In this document: in pieces, positions 36,326 through 46,051 of the stretch
How the letters are laid out: each line of letters starts with the position of its first letter
Numbering within the stretch: position 1 is the stretch's first letter
From: Rhodobacterales bacterium
Lineage (GTDB): Bacteria; Pseudomonadota; Alphaproteobacteria; Rhodobacterales; Rhodobacteraceae
Length of the DNA stretch: 61,508 bases
NCBI GenBank assembly: GCA_031396505.1
Contig: JANNKX010000108.1
Coordinates: 1 to 61,508 of the forward strand
Direction of reading: 5' to 3'
Notes under the pieces: model-generated
The model's input: the letters and a program-made list of their open reading frames with translations, nothing else
The model's database searches: none
Told to the model about the DNA's origin: nothing
Position numbers and translations under genes: made by a program

Positions 36326-37195
36326 ATGTTCGCCCTGATCGGTATCGCAGTAATCTTTATCACGGTTTTCGGCGGCTACGTGCTGGCCGGGGGCAAGATG
36401 GGCATCATCCTCAAGGCCCTGCCGTTTGAGATGATCATGATCGGTGGCGCGGCTGTCGGGGCATTCGTTTTGTCGAACGACCTCGCAACACTGAAACTGA
36501 CACTGCGCGACATGGGCAAGGTTTTCAAAGGGCCGAAATGGAAACCCGGCGATTATCGCGACATGCTTTGCCTCTTGTTCGAACTGGTGCGCGTCGCAAG
36601 GTCCAGTCCTGTTGCATTGGAAGAACATGTTGAAAATCCCGAAGGCTCCGCCATTTTTAGCCGCTATCCGAAAATTCAGCATGACCATGACGCCGTCGAG
36701 CTGATCTGCGATACGCTGCGCGCTGCATCGATGAACTATGATGATCCCCATCAGGTTGAAGAAGTCATCGACAAACGGATGGAGGCGGCCGAACACCACA
36801 GCCAGCATTCTGCCCACGCCCTGCAGTCCATGGCCGACGCATTGCCAGCCTTGGGAATCGTTGCCGCCGTTCTGGGTGTGATCAAGACCATGGCGTCCAT
36901 TGATCAACCGCCAGAAATTCTGGGCAAGATGATCGGCGGCGCCTTGGTGGGGACATTTCTCGGCGTTTTCCTCGCCTATGGCATCGTCGGCCCGTTTTCG
37001 GCCCGGATCAAAGCCGTCATTGATGAGGACAACCATTTTTTCCATTTGATCCGTGAAGTGCTGGTTGCCAACCTGCACCGCCACCCACCGAACATCTGCA
37101 TCGAGGTTGGACGTCAGAATACCCCGCACCACGTCCGTCCAACCTTTGGCGAGATTGAAGAATCGCTGCGTGCTTTGAAACAGGATGCCGCATGA
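36326..37195 (+). CDS. motA: Flagellar stator protein MotA
   Basis: ATG 36326 gives MFALIGIAVIFITVFGGYVLAGGKMGI. Four TM helices and a conserved C-terminal ALVGTFLGVFLAYG block. Confidence 0.92.
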   Translation: MFALIGIAVIFITVFGGYVLAGGKMGIILKALPFEMIMIGGAAVGAFVLSNDLATLKLTLRDMGKVFKGPKWKPGDYRDMLCLLFELVRVARSSPVALEEHVENPEGSAIFSRYPKIQHDHDAVELICDTLRAASMNYDDPHQVEEVIDKRMEAAEHHSQHSAHALQSMADALPALGIVAAVLGVIKTMASIDQPPEILGKMIGGALVGTFLGVFLAYGIVGPFSARIKAVIDEDNHFFHLIREVLVANLHRHPPNICIEVGRQNTPHHVRPTFGEIEESLRALKQDAA

Positions 37196-39258
37196 AGTGG
37201 CTCGTTGCCCTTTTGCTGCTGCTGTATGCACCACTGGCGCAGGCCAGTACCGTTACAATCGTATCGGGAGAGCATGATACGTTTTCGCGCCTTGTCCTGA
37301 CACTGCCGGTGGCAAGCGACTGGCAGTTGGGGCGGACAGCGACGGGATACGAGCTGCTGATTGCCCAGACTGACCTGCGCTATGACGTCTCAAAGGTGTT
37401 TGATCTGATCCCGCGCGATCGACTTTCTGGCATCTTTACCGACCCCCGGTCTGGCAATCTGCAGCTGAATGTTCAATGCGACTGCCACGCCATACCGTTC
37501 AGTCTGGATGCGCAGACCATTGTGATTGATATACGCGATGGACCTGCCCCTGCGACATCGTCGTTCGAGTTGACGCTGGCGGGCGCTCCGCTCCCCCCTT
37601 TGCAAACCAGGGCCACACCGCGCCCGCGCGAAGATTTGCCCCCGGCAGCAGATGCGCCGGGTTATGACTGGCTGGCCCAAACTGGTGGGAACGTGACGCC
37701 TGTTCTTCCAATACTACCAGAGGAAGATTTCACCGAACTGCAGCAGGCCCTCGTCGAACAAATGGCCGAAGGGGCTGCGCGCGGTGTGGTTGATCTTGCC
37801 GTGCCTGAACGCACCAACACACAGGATTCTCAACAATCTTTGCCAGAGGACAGCCAACTGCGCCTGACCGATATCGCGGGCATGCGGGTGGCAAGTCAGG
37901 GCCCAAGTGCCGCCATGATGCAACCCGATGGCGAAGCTTGCATCACCGACGACAGGTTGAAAATCGCGGAATGGGGGCAGGTGACCGACGTGCCAGGGCA
38001 GCTTGCGCGCGCGCGGCACGGCCTTGTCGGCGAATTTGATCATCCCGATGGCGCCGCCGTTTCGGCGCAGACGCGGCTTTACATCTTTCTGGGCTTCGGC
38101 GCCGAGGCGACGGCACTGCTTGCTGCCATGCCGCCGGATGATGCCGATGCGCGGCTGTGGTCCGCCATGGCGCAGATTGTCGATACGCAGACCGTCGCGG
38201 TCAATGCTTTTGACGGCATGGCGCACTGCGACAGTGCGGCCGCCCTTTGGGCCCTGCTTTCGACGCCACCCGATGCACCTGAAATGCCGAATGTCGCCGC
38301 TTTGCAGCGTACTTTCTCGGCTCTGCCGCGCCATTTGCGCCTTACGCTGGGTCCACAGATCGCCGAACGCCTGCTGACGCTCGATCAGCCCGCCGCAGTT
38401 CAGGGCATCGTTGACGCCATGGCGCGCGGCGTCACAGCGCCCGATGCCCGGATCCTGCTGGCAGAGTCTGATTTGAATCTTCATAACGGTACCATTGACG
38501 CGGCGATTGCGGACGCCAATGCCGCCTTGAAGGAAGGTGGTGTCGCCGCACCCGAGGCGATGATTGCCCTGGTCAAGGCGCGTATTGCGGCGGGTGAGCC
38601 TGTTGACCCCTCTGTTGCAGTTGCCCTCGCAGCGATGATTGACGAAAATGCTGGTTCCCCACTTGCCGCCAAACTTGATGCCGCGCAGCAACTTGCCCTG
38701 ATCGGATCAGGTCAGTTTGCGCCTGTCTTTTCACGAGGTGGCGATCAGGTTCCGTCAGTGGTCTGGGATGTGCTGGCAAAGCGTGGAACCGACGATCAGT
38801 TGCTTCAATTCGCCTTCGTGGTGCCTGACACCGGCCTGTCCAATTCGGCTGCCACAGTGATTTCGCAGCGATTGAAAGTACTCGGTTTTCCGGATGCGGC
38901 GAAGTCATGGCATGATCGCGCATTAATGCTGCCAATCACCGGCGACAGCATAAGACATGCGGATGAACCCATTCAAACAGCGCAAGGATCGTCTGCCGCA
39001 GCAGCAAGTGCAGAACCGGTTGCAGACAGCAGTCTTCCCGATGAAGCAACCCGCGCAAGACGTTGGCAGCAAGACTGGTCTGCCATTGCCACGGCCGAAG
39101 GCGATTCGTGGAAAGACCTTGCTGCGCAAGTCGTCTCCCCCAAGACCGCGGTCACAGAGCCACCCTTGGCCGAGGCGACGCGCCTTGTAGAAGGCAGCAA
39201 AATGACCCGTGACTTGATCCAGGGCCTGTTGCAATCAACGGGTTCGCCGGGCGGCTAG
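37192..39258 (+). CDS. Large secreted protein of unknown function, translationally coupled to motA
   Basis: 688 aa. Cleavable-looking signal peptide MKWLVALLLLLYAPLAQAST. ATGA overlap with the motA stop. Beta-rich N-terminal about 110 aa, a Pro-rich linker, then a long Ala-rich helical region. I recognise no family motif. Confidence 0.6.
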   Translation: MKWLVALLLLLYAPLAQASTVTIVSGEHDTFSRLVLTLPVASDWQLGRTATGYELLIAQTDLRYDVSKVFDLIPRDRLSGIFTDPRSGNLQLNVQCDCHAIPFSLDAQTIVIDIRDGPAPATSSFELTLAGAPLPPLQTRATPRPREDLPPAADAPGYDWLAQTGGNVTPVLPILPEEDFTELQQALVEQMAEGAARGVVDLAVPERTNTQDSQQSLPEDSQLRLTDIAGMRVASQGPSAAMMQPDGEACITDDRLKIAEWGQVTDVPGQLARARHGLVGEFDHPDGAAVSAQTRLYIFLGFGAEATALLAAMPPDDADARLWSAMAQIVDTQTVAVNAFDGMAHCDSAAALWALLSTPPDAPEMPNVAALQRTFSALPRHLRLTLGPQIAERLLTLDQPAAVQGIVDAMARGVTAPDARILLAESDLNLHNGTIDAAIADANAALKEGGVAAPEAMIALVKARIAAGEPVDPSVAVALAAMIDENAGSPLAAKLDAAQQLALIGSGQFAPVFSRGGDQVPSVVWDVLAKRGTDDQLLQFAFVVPDTGLSNSAATVISQRLKVLGFPDAAKSWHDRALMLPITGDSIRHADEPIQTAQGSSAAAASAEPVADSSLPDEATRARRWQQDWSAIATAEGDSWKDLAAQVVSPKTAVTEPPLAEATRLVEGSKMTRDLIQGLLQSTGSPGG

Positions 39259-39417
39259 CAGATCGCCCGCGAATGTTGCGTGTTGTATCCGATCGGCTGA
39301 AGCCATCTGACATTGCACGCCCTAATCCGTCTGTTTCCTTACGAATTCGAAAGATTCGGGCCGTAGGTTTCTTACAGAAAGCGGCCGCAACACGTGGTGC
39401 GCCAACGGGTGAAACCC

Positions 39418-40104
39418 ATGAATGCAGGCCGTAAACTATCGACATTCGCACTGCTGATAACCTTTGCCAGTCCCGCGTTTGCATCCGTCGATCCGGCCGC
39501 ACTTTGCGATGCTGCGGCCACGTCCGCGGCCGCGGGCAGCGGGGTGCCCTCCGCTGTGTTGCGCGCCCTGACGCGGACAGAAACCGGGCGTGCATCTGGC
39601 GGGGCTCTGCGCCCATGGCCCTGGGCCATCAATCAGGCCGGTGAAGGCCGTTGGTTTGCCACGCAGGACGAGATGCTGGATCACATCGACGCGCTGGTAT
39701 CCGCGGGCGTCACCAATTTTGACGTCGGTTGTTTTCAGTTGAACTATCGTTGGCATGCGCAAGGCTTTGCTTCGCTGCCCGATATGGCCGACCCCGTTCA
39801 GAACGCCCGCTATGCCGCAGGGTATCTTGCGCAAAAATACGCAACCTCGGGCGATTGGGGCCAGGCCGCAGCCGCCTATCACTCCGGCACACCCGATCTG
39901 GCAGAACGCTATCTGGCCCGCTTCTCCGCGATTTACGCAGACCTTGATCCGGCATCCGAAGTCCCCGCAACGCCCATCGTGCCTGGTGGGCAAGAGGATC
40001 GCTCCAATCTGTTTCCCCTGCTCATTGCCGGTCAATCGGGCGGCGGCGGCTCGCTCGTGCCGATGTCCGCACGCGGTCGCAGGTTATTTGGCGGTGACGA
40101 ATGA
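39418..40104 (+). CDS. Lytic transglycosylase (SLT domain), flagellum-associated candidate
   Basis: ATG 39418 with signal peptide (KLSTFALLITFASPAFA). SLT-like catalytic-Glu context (RALTRTETGR), then FDVGCFQLNYRWH and AAYHSG blocks. Immediately precedes flhA with ATGA overlap. Confidence 0.75.
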   Translation: MNAGRKLSTFALLITFASPAFASVDPAALCDAAATSAAAGSGVPSAVLRALTRTETGRASGGALRPWPWAINQAGEGRWFATQDEMLDHIDALVSAGVTNFDVGCFQLNYRWHAQGFASLPDMADPVQNARYAAGYLAQKYATSGDWGQAAAAYHSGTPDLAERYLARFSAIYADLDPASEVPATPIVPGGQEDRSNLFPLLIAGQSGGGGSLVPMSARGRRLFGGDE

Positions 40105-42179
40105 ACCTGTCCCAACTGACCCTGCGATCGGTGTTTCAGCCGACTATCCTGCTTGCCGTAGCACTGATGGGCGTGATCGTGATGATGGTGCTGCCGGTGC
40201 CGTCATGGATGTTGGACATCGGGCTTGCGATATCCTTTTCGCTCGCGATTCTGATGCTGACCGTGGCACTGTTTATCGAACGGCCGCTGGATTTTTCTGC
40301 GTTTCCGACGATTCTTCTGGCGTCGCTGATGCTTCGCCTGTCGCTGAATGTGTCATCAACCAAATTGATCATCTCGCAAGGCCACACCGGCACTGATGCG
40401 GCTGGCCATGTGATCGAAGGCTTTGCCGACTTTATCATGGGCGGCAATGTCGTACTGGGGATCGTGATCTTTATCGTCCTGCTGATCGTCAACTTCATTG
40501 TCATCACAAAGGGTGCCGGTCGCATGGCCGAGGTCGGGGCACGCTTTGCACTGGATGGGATGCCCGGCAAGCAGCTCGCCATTGACGCCGACATGTCCGC
40601 CGGTGCCATCACGCACACCGAGGCACGCGAACGGCGCGAACGCGAACTGGCCGAGACCAACTTTTTCGGCTCATTGGATGGCGCGTCCAAGTTCGTGAAG
40701 GGCGATGCCATCGCCGGCCTGCTGATCACGGTGCTGAATATTGTCGTAGGTATTCTTGTCGGCACCATGATGCATGACATGCCGGTTGGGCAAGCCTTTG
40801 AGACATACGCTATTCTCACCGTAGGTGAAGGGCTTGTCAGCCAGATTCCGGCCGTCATCATTTCGGTGGCGGCGGCGATGCTGCTGACGCGGGGTGGCGG
40901 CAAGGGGGCGGCAGATGTGTCCTTCTTCGCCCAGCTCAGCCGGTATCCCGCGGCCCTTGCCACGGTTGCGCTGTTGATGGGGCTGTTTGCCATTGTTCCG
41001 GGGATGCCGTTCCTGCCATTCATGCTGGGCGCGGTCGCTCTTGGCGTGGCGGCATATCTGGCGGCCAGCCGACCTGTCGTGTCGGCCGACACTGACGCCG
41101 CAAATACAACACCGACACCCCTGCGCCCGATTGGCGATGTGCTGGATTTCGACGATATCCATATCGAATTCGCACCCGATCTTGTTGCCATGGTCTTGGA
41201 TCCTGCCACTGGCCTTGATGCGCGGATCAATAACATGCGGACCTATGCGGCCACGGATTTCGGGATCATCCTGCCCGAAATCCGCATCACGGACGAGGCG
41301 ACCCTGCCGCCGGGCAGTTATCGTATCCGCTTGCAAGGGGTTGAACGCGTGCGTGACAGGCTGATGCCCGACCGGGTGATGGTGCTGTTGGCCGATGGCG
41401 TGGATGCGCCCAACGGCATTGATGTGCAAGAACCCGTGTATCGCGCGCCCGCGCGCTGGATCGCGCCCGATGATCACGAACGCGCGGCGCTCGCCGGATT
41501 GACGGTGGTTTCTCCGGCCGAGGTGCTGGCGACCCACTTGCTTGAGGTGATCAAAGCCAATCTGTCGCGAATGCTGTCGCTGCGCGGGTTGCGCCGCCTG
41601 CTGGATGAATTCGTCAATCTGTCTGATCCGGGCCGCGCTGCCGCCAACCGCCGCCTGCTGGATGATCTGATCCCCGACAAGGTGCCGTTCGAACTGCTGT
41701 TGTCCGTTCTGCGCCTGTTGTTGGAAGAACGCGTGTCGATCCGCAATCTGCCACTTATCCTTGAAGCGGTGGCCGAGGCCCGCAATTTTGGCGCACCCGA
41801 GGCAGTCTGTGAACATGTTCGCCAAAGACTGGGCTTTCAGATTGTGGCCGATGTGCAGCGGCCCGATGGTACCCTGCCATTAATCCAGTTGGCACCAGAA
41901 TGGGAAAAAACATTTGCAATGCATCAACTTGACACTGATCGCGGCACCAGGGATGTAGCCTTGCCCCCCGAACAGTTCAGCCGCCTTGCAAATGGGCTGG
42001 TCGACAAAATCAACCGGACGGCAGAGGCCGGAATGTTTCCCGCCATCATCACGTCCACACTCCGCCGTCGGTTTCTGCGGACAGTTCTGGCGGCCAAGGG
42101 CCTGACGACGCCGGTCTTGTCTTATGATGAACTGAGCGCCGATTCGCGCCCGTCGATTGTGGGTCAGGTCGCGGCATGA
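40101..42179 (+). CDS. flhA: Flagellar export apparatus protein FlhA
   Basis: 692 aa. FHIPEP-family blocks (FPTILLASLMLRLSLNVSSTKLI, GAGRMAEVGARFALDGMPGKQLAIDAD) and a large cytoplasmic C-domain. Confidence 0.96.
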   Translation: MNLSQLTLRSVFQPTILLAVALMGVIVMMVLPVPSWMLDIGLAISFSLAILMLTVALFIERPLDFSAFPTILLASLMLRLSLNVSSTKLIISQGHTGTDAAGHVIEGFADFIMGGNVVLGIVIFIVLLIVNFIVITKGAGRMAEVGARFALDGMPGKQLAIDADMSAGAITHTEARERRERELAETNFFGSLDGASKFVKGDAIAGLLITVLNIVVGILVGTMMHDMPVGQAFETYAILTVGEGLVSQIPAVIISVAAAMLLTRGGGKGAADVSFFAQLSRYPAALATVALLMGLFAIVPGMPFLPFMLGAVALGVAAYLAASRPVVSADTDAANTTPTPLRPIGDVLDFDDIHIEFAPDLVAMVLDPATGLDARINNMRTYAATDFGIILPEIRITDEATLPPGSYRIRLQGVERVRDRLMPDRVMVLLADGVDAPNGIDVQEPVYRAPARWIAPDDHERAALAGLTVVSPAEVLATHLLEVIKANLSRMLSLRGLRRLLDEFVNLSDPGRAAANRRLLDDLIPDKVPFELLLSVLRLLLEERVSIRNLPLILEAVAEARNFGAPEAVCEHVRQRLGFQIVADVQRPDGTLPLIQLAPEWEKTFAMHQLDTDRGTRDVALPPEQFSRLANGLVDKINRTAEAGMFPAIITSTLRRRFLRTVLAAKGLTTPVLSYDELSADSRPSIVGQVAA

Positions 42180-42955
42180 ATGAAATCCTGCCCTTGCTGG
42201 ACGATCTGTTGGTCGTTGTACGGGCGAGTGCGCTGCAAGGCTTGATGGTGTTCTTGCGTGTCGGTGCAATGTTGCTGCTGTTGCCCGCGTTCGGGGAACA
42301 GGCCGTACCGCAGCGGATCAAGCTGGCATTGGCGTTGGCTTTTAGCGTGATTGTCACACCTGCCGTTGCCGATGCCCTGCCGCCCGTTGATCCGTTTCCT
42401 GTCACTGCCTTCTTGACCGAGGTGATTGCCGGGTTGTTGATGGGCTTTGGTCTGCGCCTGTTCATCCATGCGCTGCAAATTGCGGGGGCCATCGCCGCAC
42501 AGGCGACGACCTTGTCGCAGATGTTCGGTGGGGCCGGGCCTGAACCGCAGCCTGCGATCGGCAATGTCCTTGTGATCACGGGGCTTGCCGCAGCGGTCAG
42601 CGCGGGCTTGCATATCCGGGTTGCAGAGATGCTGATCTATTCCTACGGCCCGCTTCCGGCCGGGGCGTTGCCACAAATGGCTGATGTGGTAACACTTGGC
42701 GCAGATCAGATTGCCGCGGCGTTCTCGCTTGGGTTTGCGCTCGCTGCGCCGTTTGTGATCGCGTCCGTGCTGTACAATGTTGCCCTTGGCTTCATCAATC
42801 GGGCGATGCCGCAGTTGTCGGTGTCGATGGTCGGTGCCCCCGCTTTGACCCTGGGGGGGCTTGCATTGCTTGCCGTGGCATCACCCTTTCTGATCGCGTT
42901 CTGGCTGCAGGCGTTGAACGCGCATATTGGCGCTCCGTTCGCCGTGCAACCATGA
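42176..42955 (+). CDS. fliR: Flagellar export apparatus protein FliR
   Basis: 259 aa polytopic protein between flhA and flhB, with ATGA overlaps on both sides. Confidence 0.88.
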   Translation: MNEILPLLDDLLVVVRASALQGLMVFLRVGAMLLLLPAFGEQAVPQRIKLALALAFSVIVTPAVADALPPVDPFPVTAFLTEVIAGLLMGFGLRLFIHALQIAGAIAAQATTLSQMFGGAGPEPQPAIGNVLVITGLAAAVSAGLHIRVAEMLIYSYGPLPAGALPQMADVVTLGADQIAAAFSLGFALAAPFVIASVLYNVALGFINRAMPQLSVSMVGAPALTLGGLALLAVASPFLIAFWLQALNAHIGAPFAVQP

Positions 42956-44046
42956 GCGGGGGCGACGATGACGACGGCGACAAGGAACATGACCCAACGC
43001 AAAAACGTCTGGATGATGCCCGCCAGCGCGGTGAATTCGCCCGCTCTCAAGACTTGCTGACGGCGGCGGCTGTTGCGGGTTTTGTTATTTTTTACATAAG
43101 TTTAGGGTCTCAGGCAATGATGCGCTCCGGGGCCGCAGCAATGGTTTTTCTGGATCAGGCCGATCGGCTGGCTGCGAATATGGCACAGGGCGGCAGGCCT
43201 GTACTGATGCAATCGCTGCAAGCTGTGATCGCACCACTGTTGCCGATATTCCTTGTGCCCGGTGTCGCCGTCGCGGCCGTCCTGTTTGCCACCAAAGGAT
43301 TTGTGTTCAGTCCGGACAAGCTGATGCCGAAACTGTCACGCATTTCACCCTTTGCTACCGCAAAACAGAAGTTCGGCCTCGATGGGCTGATCGAATTTGG
43401 CAAAAGCGCGATCAAGCTGACAGTCGTGTCACTTTTGATTGGCTGGTTTCTCGTCGCCCGCGCCCCAGCGATTTTGCACAGCCTCGCCCTGACGCCTGCC
43501 ATGTCTACCGTCCTGATGCTGCAAATGCTGTCTGAATTTCTGATCCTCGCCCTGTTGATCCTCGCCCTCGTCGGGGGGCTGGATTTCTTTTGGCAGTCAT
43601 TTCGCCATATCAAACGCAACCGAATGTCCCGCAAAGACCTGATGGACGAAATGAAAGAATCCGAAGGCGACCCGCACCTGAAAGGCAAACGCCGCCAGCG
43701 CGCACAGGAAATCGCCACCAATCAGATGTTGGCCGATGTGGCAGGGGCTGATGTGATTATCGTGAACCCGACGCACTATGCCGTGGCCCTGAAGTGGAAG
43801 CGTGGTGCGCGTACGGCGCCGATCTGCGTGGCCAAAGGTGTGGATGACGTCGCCGCCCGCATCCGCGCAAAGGCGGCCGAAGCAGGGGTGCCCATCCACA
43901 GTGACCCCCCGACTGCCCGCGCCATTCATGCGACGGTCGAGATCGGAACGCCGATCCACGCCGAACAGTTCAAGGCTGTCGCGGCTGCAATCCGCTTTGC
44001 CGAAGCCATGCGCGCGCGGGCCCGCAAAAGTTGGCGCCGCCCATGA
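42952..44046 (+). CDS. flhB: Flagellar export switch protein FlhB
   Basis: 364 aa. N-terminal EHDPTQKRLDDARQRGEFARSQD and autocleavage-site context VIIVNPTHYAVAL (NPTH). Confidence 0.95.
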   Translation: MSGGDDDDGDKEHDPTQKRLDDARQRGEFARSQDLLTAAAVAGFVIFYISLGSQAMMRSGAAAMVFLDQADRLAANMAQGGRPVLMQSLQAVIAPLLPIFLVPGVAVAAVLFATKGFVFSPDKLMPKLSRISPFATAKQKFGLDGLIEFGKSAIKLTVVSLLIGWFLVARAPAILHSLALTPAMSTVLMLQMLSEFLILALLILALVGGLDFFWQSFRHIKRNRMSRKDLMDEMKESEGDPHLKGKRRQRAQEIATNQMLADVAGADVIIVNPTHYAVALKWKRGARTAPICVAKGVDDVAARIRAKAAEAGVPIHSDPPTARAIHATVEIGTPIHAEQFKAVAAAIRFAEAMRARARKSWRRP

Positions 44047-44396
44047 CAACGCGCGCAAAACTTCAGAACCTTGGTGACATCAGTGCCCTGGCGCTTGATC
44101 AAAGGCTTGCGGCCTTGCGACAGGCGCAAGCCAAACGCCAGTCAATCCTTGACCGGATTGCCGCACTTGACCTGACACCTGCCGAAACCGACCTGCCCTT
44201 GGCCGCAGCACAGCGCGCCGAAGTCAGCTATCAGACCTGGGCCGATCAACACAGGTCGAAGTTGAACCTGCATCTGGCGCAAGCCTCCATCACTGTCATG
44301 CAAGCCGAGGCCGAGGCCCGCCTGGTGTTTGCCCGAAACAGCGTTTTGGTGGGGTTGCGCAGCAGGCTGGCCGCCGCGGAAAATCGGCAGACCTGA
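44043..44396 (+). CDS. Small coiled-coil protein, FliJ-like candidate
   Basis: 117 aa from ATG 44043 (ATGA overlap with the flhB stop). Predicted all-helical and rich in Ala/Leu/Gln/Arg. No TM helix or signal peptide. Confidence 0.4.
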   Translation: MTTRAKLQNLGDISALALDQRLAALRQAQAKRQSILDRIAALDLTPAETDLPLAAAQRAEVSYQTWADQHRSKLNLHLAQASITVMQAEAEARLVFARNSVLVGLRSRLAAAENRQT

Positions 44397-44885
44397 TCAG
44401 GTATCCTGCCGCCCGATATCAACAATCAGCACATCCTTGACCTTGTCGCCCAAGGTGGCCATTGCCACCTCCATCAGGGCGGCCCGCAGGTTCACCATGT
44501 TGGCGCTGTCGGTAAAGCTGCCGCGAAACCCGCCGGCATTGGCATGATCAAACAGCGTTTGCAGAAACCCGTCACGCAGCTTTGGCTCCATCGCGAAGAC
44601 CGTTTCGGTTGACCCGGCGGTCACTTCAAGGTTGATCGACATGATCACCATCGACGCGATCCGCCCGTCTTCCAGCACCGGAATGACGAACTGGTTGCTA
44701 AGCTTTACAAACTCCGGCGCATTTTCGGGGTCTTCTTCGGCATGTTCCCCATCCATCGGCGCGTCGGCATGCGCCGTGTCGGCCATGTCGGGTTCTGCCA
44801 TTGGGGCCGGGCGCAGCATGATGCCACCGCCGACCCCGGCACCAAGACCAAGAATTGCAAGCAGAACGGGAAGGATTTTGCGCAT
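44397..44885 (-). CDS. FliL-like flagellar basal-body-associated protein (second paralogue)
   Basis: 162 aa. N-terminal TM helix, then FVKLSNQFVIPVLEDGRIASMVIMSINLEV...LRDGFLQTLF, which resembles the FliL domain. Last gene of the flgB operon. Confidence 0.55.
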   Translation of the reverse strand: MRKILPVLLAILGLGAGVGGGIMLRPAPMAEPDMADTAHADAPMDGEHAEEDPENAPEFVKLSNQFVIPVLEDGRIASMVIMSINLEVTAGSTETVFAMEPKLRDGFLQTLFDHANAGGFRGSFTDSANMVNLRAALMEVAMATLGDKVKDVLIVDIGRQDT

Positions 44886-44894
44886 GATGCTGCC

Positions 44895-45632
44895 TTAAAA
44901 CGGAGTCAGGATGTCGACGATTTGTTGGCCATAGCGCGGCTGCTGCGCATCGGTGATCTGGCCGCGCCCGCCATAGGAAATCTGTGCACCGGCGATCTTG
45001 TCGTAGGTGATTTCGTTCTGGCGCGAGATGTCGATGGGCCGCACATAGCCGGATATCAGCAATTCACGCATTTCGAAATTCACCCGCACCTCTTGCACGC
45101 CTTCAATCCGCAACACGCCATTGGGCAATTCATCCACCACTGTCACAGCCACCCGCAGCGTCACCTCCTCATTGCGCGATGTCGTTCCCTGCCCGTTGAA
45201 GGTAGATGATGACCCGGTATTTACAGCCTCCGCCGCGCTCGCACCTTCTGGCAGGATGGAGTCGAGACGCTGTGGAATACCGAACAGATCGGAAAACCCA
45301 GATTGTTCGGCCCCGGTGCGTGACCGCCCGCTGGTGTTGGAAAACTGTGCGGAGTCGTCGATCTCGATCACAACGGTCAGAATATCCCCCGGCTGGCTCG
45401 CACGGCGGTCGCTCAGCAACGCATCCTGACCAGCACCCCACAGCGACGATGCGCCGGTTGGCGTTTCAGGTGCGATATCTTCGGGCAACGGCGTCGAATA
45501 CAGGGCCGCATGTTGATAGGTGTCTTCAAGCGGGTTGAATTCGGGTGCGCGACCCACCTGTTCAAGGCGGCCACAGGCGGTAACGGCAAGGCAAAGCAAC
45601 AGGGGGACGGCGCGCATTGGTAAATCCTTCAC
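44895..45632 (-). CDS. flgH: Flagellar L-ring lipoprotein FlgH
   Basis: 245 aa. Lipobox LAVTAC. Conserved GDILTVVI and LRIEGVQEVRVNFEMRELLISGYVRP blocks. Confidence 0.93.
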   Translation of the reverse strand: MKDLPMRAVPLLLCLAVTACGRLEQVGRAPEFNPLEDTYQHAALYSTPLPEDIAPETPTGASSLWGAGQDALLSDRRASQPGDILTVVIEIDDSAQFSNTSGRSRTGAEQSGFSDLFGIPQRLDSILPEGASAAEAVNTGSSSTFNGQGTTSRNEEVTLRVAVTVVDELPNGVLRIEGVQEVRVNFEMRELLISGYVRPIDISRQNEITYDKIAGAQISYGGRGQITDAQQPRYGQQIVDILTPF

Positions 45633-46051
45633 GGTGTAGGGCCGACGCGCACGGCGCCGGTGTCGGTCATAATGCCGCTGACGGTGCTGCGGGATGACAG
45701 GTTCATGACGCGGATCACATCACCGGTGCCGCCACGCCCAAGGGCACGGCCTTCGGTGGCAATCTGCAAGCCGCCCGCCACATAAATCAGCGTCACAATC
45801 TGGTTGCGATCCACCAGTGCGGGCGGGCCAAAGTCGGCCGTCCGAATCGGGCGCCCGGCGTAAATCGTCACCCGCGCTTCTTGCCCGATGACCAGTGCGG
45901 CATCGGTGACCGCGCCGTCGATTTCGGCGTCCACGATGTTCAAATCGGCGGCGCTGACCACTGATTGTGCCGGGATACGGCGCAAGGCGATCACACTTTC
46001 GGCGGACGCAAGGCCGGGCAGCAGTATCAGGACCAAAACCCATCGCATCAT
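45629..46051 (-). CDS. flgA: Flagellar P-ring assembly chaperone FlgA
   Basis: 140 aa. Signal peptide. SAF-like domain ending GDVIRVMNLSSRSTVSGIM. Position is between flgG and flgH. Confidence 0.8.
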   Translation of the reverse strand: MMRWVLVLILLPGLASAESVIALRRIPAQSVVSAADLNIVDAEIDGAVTDAALVIGQEARVTIYAGRPIRTADFGPPALVDRNQIVTLIYVAGGLQIATEGRALGRGGTGDVIRVMNLSSRSTVSGIMTDTGAVRVGPTP

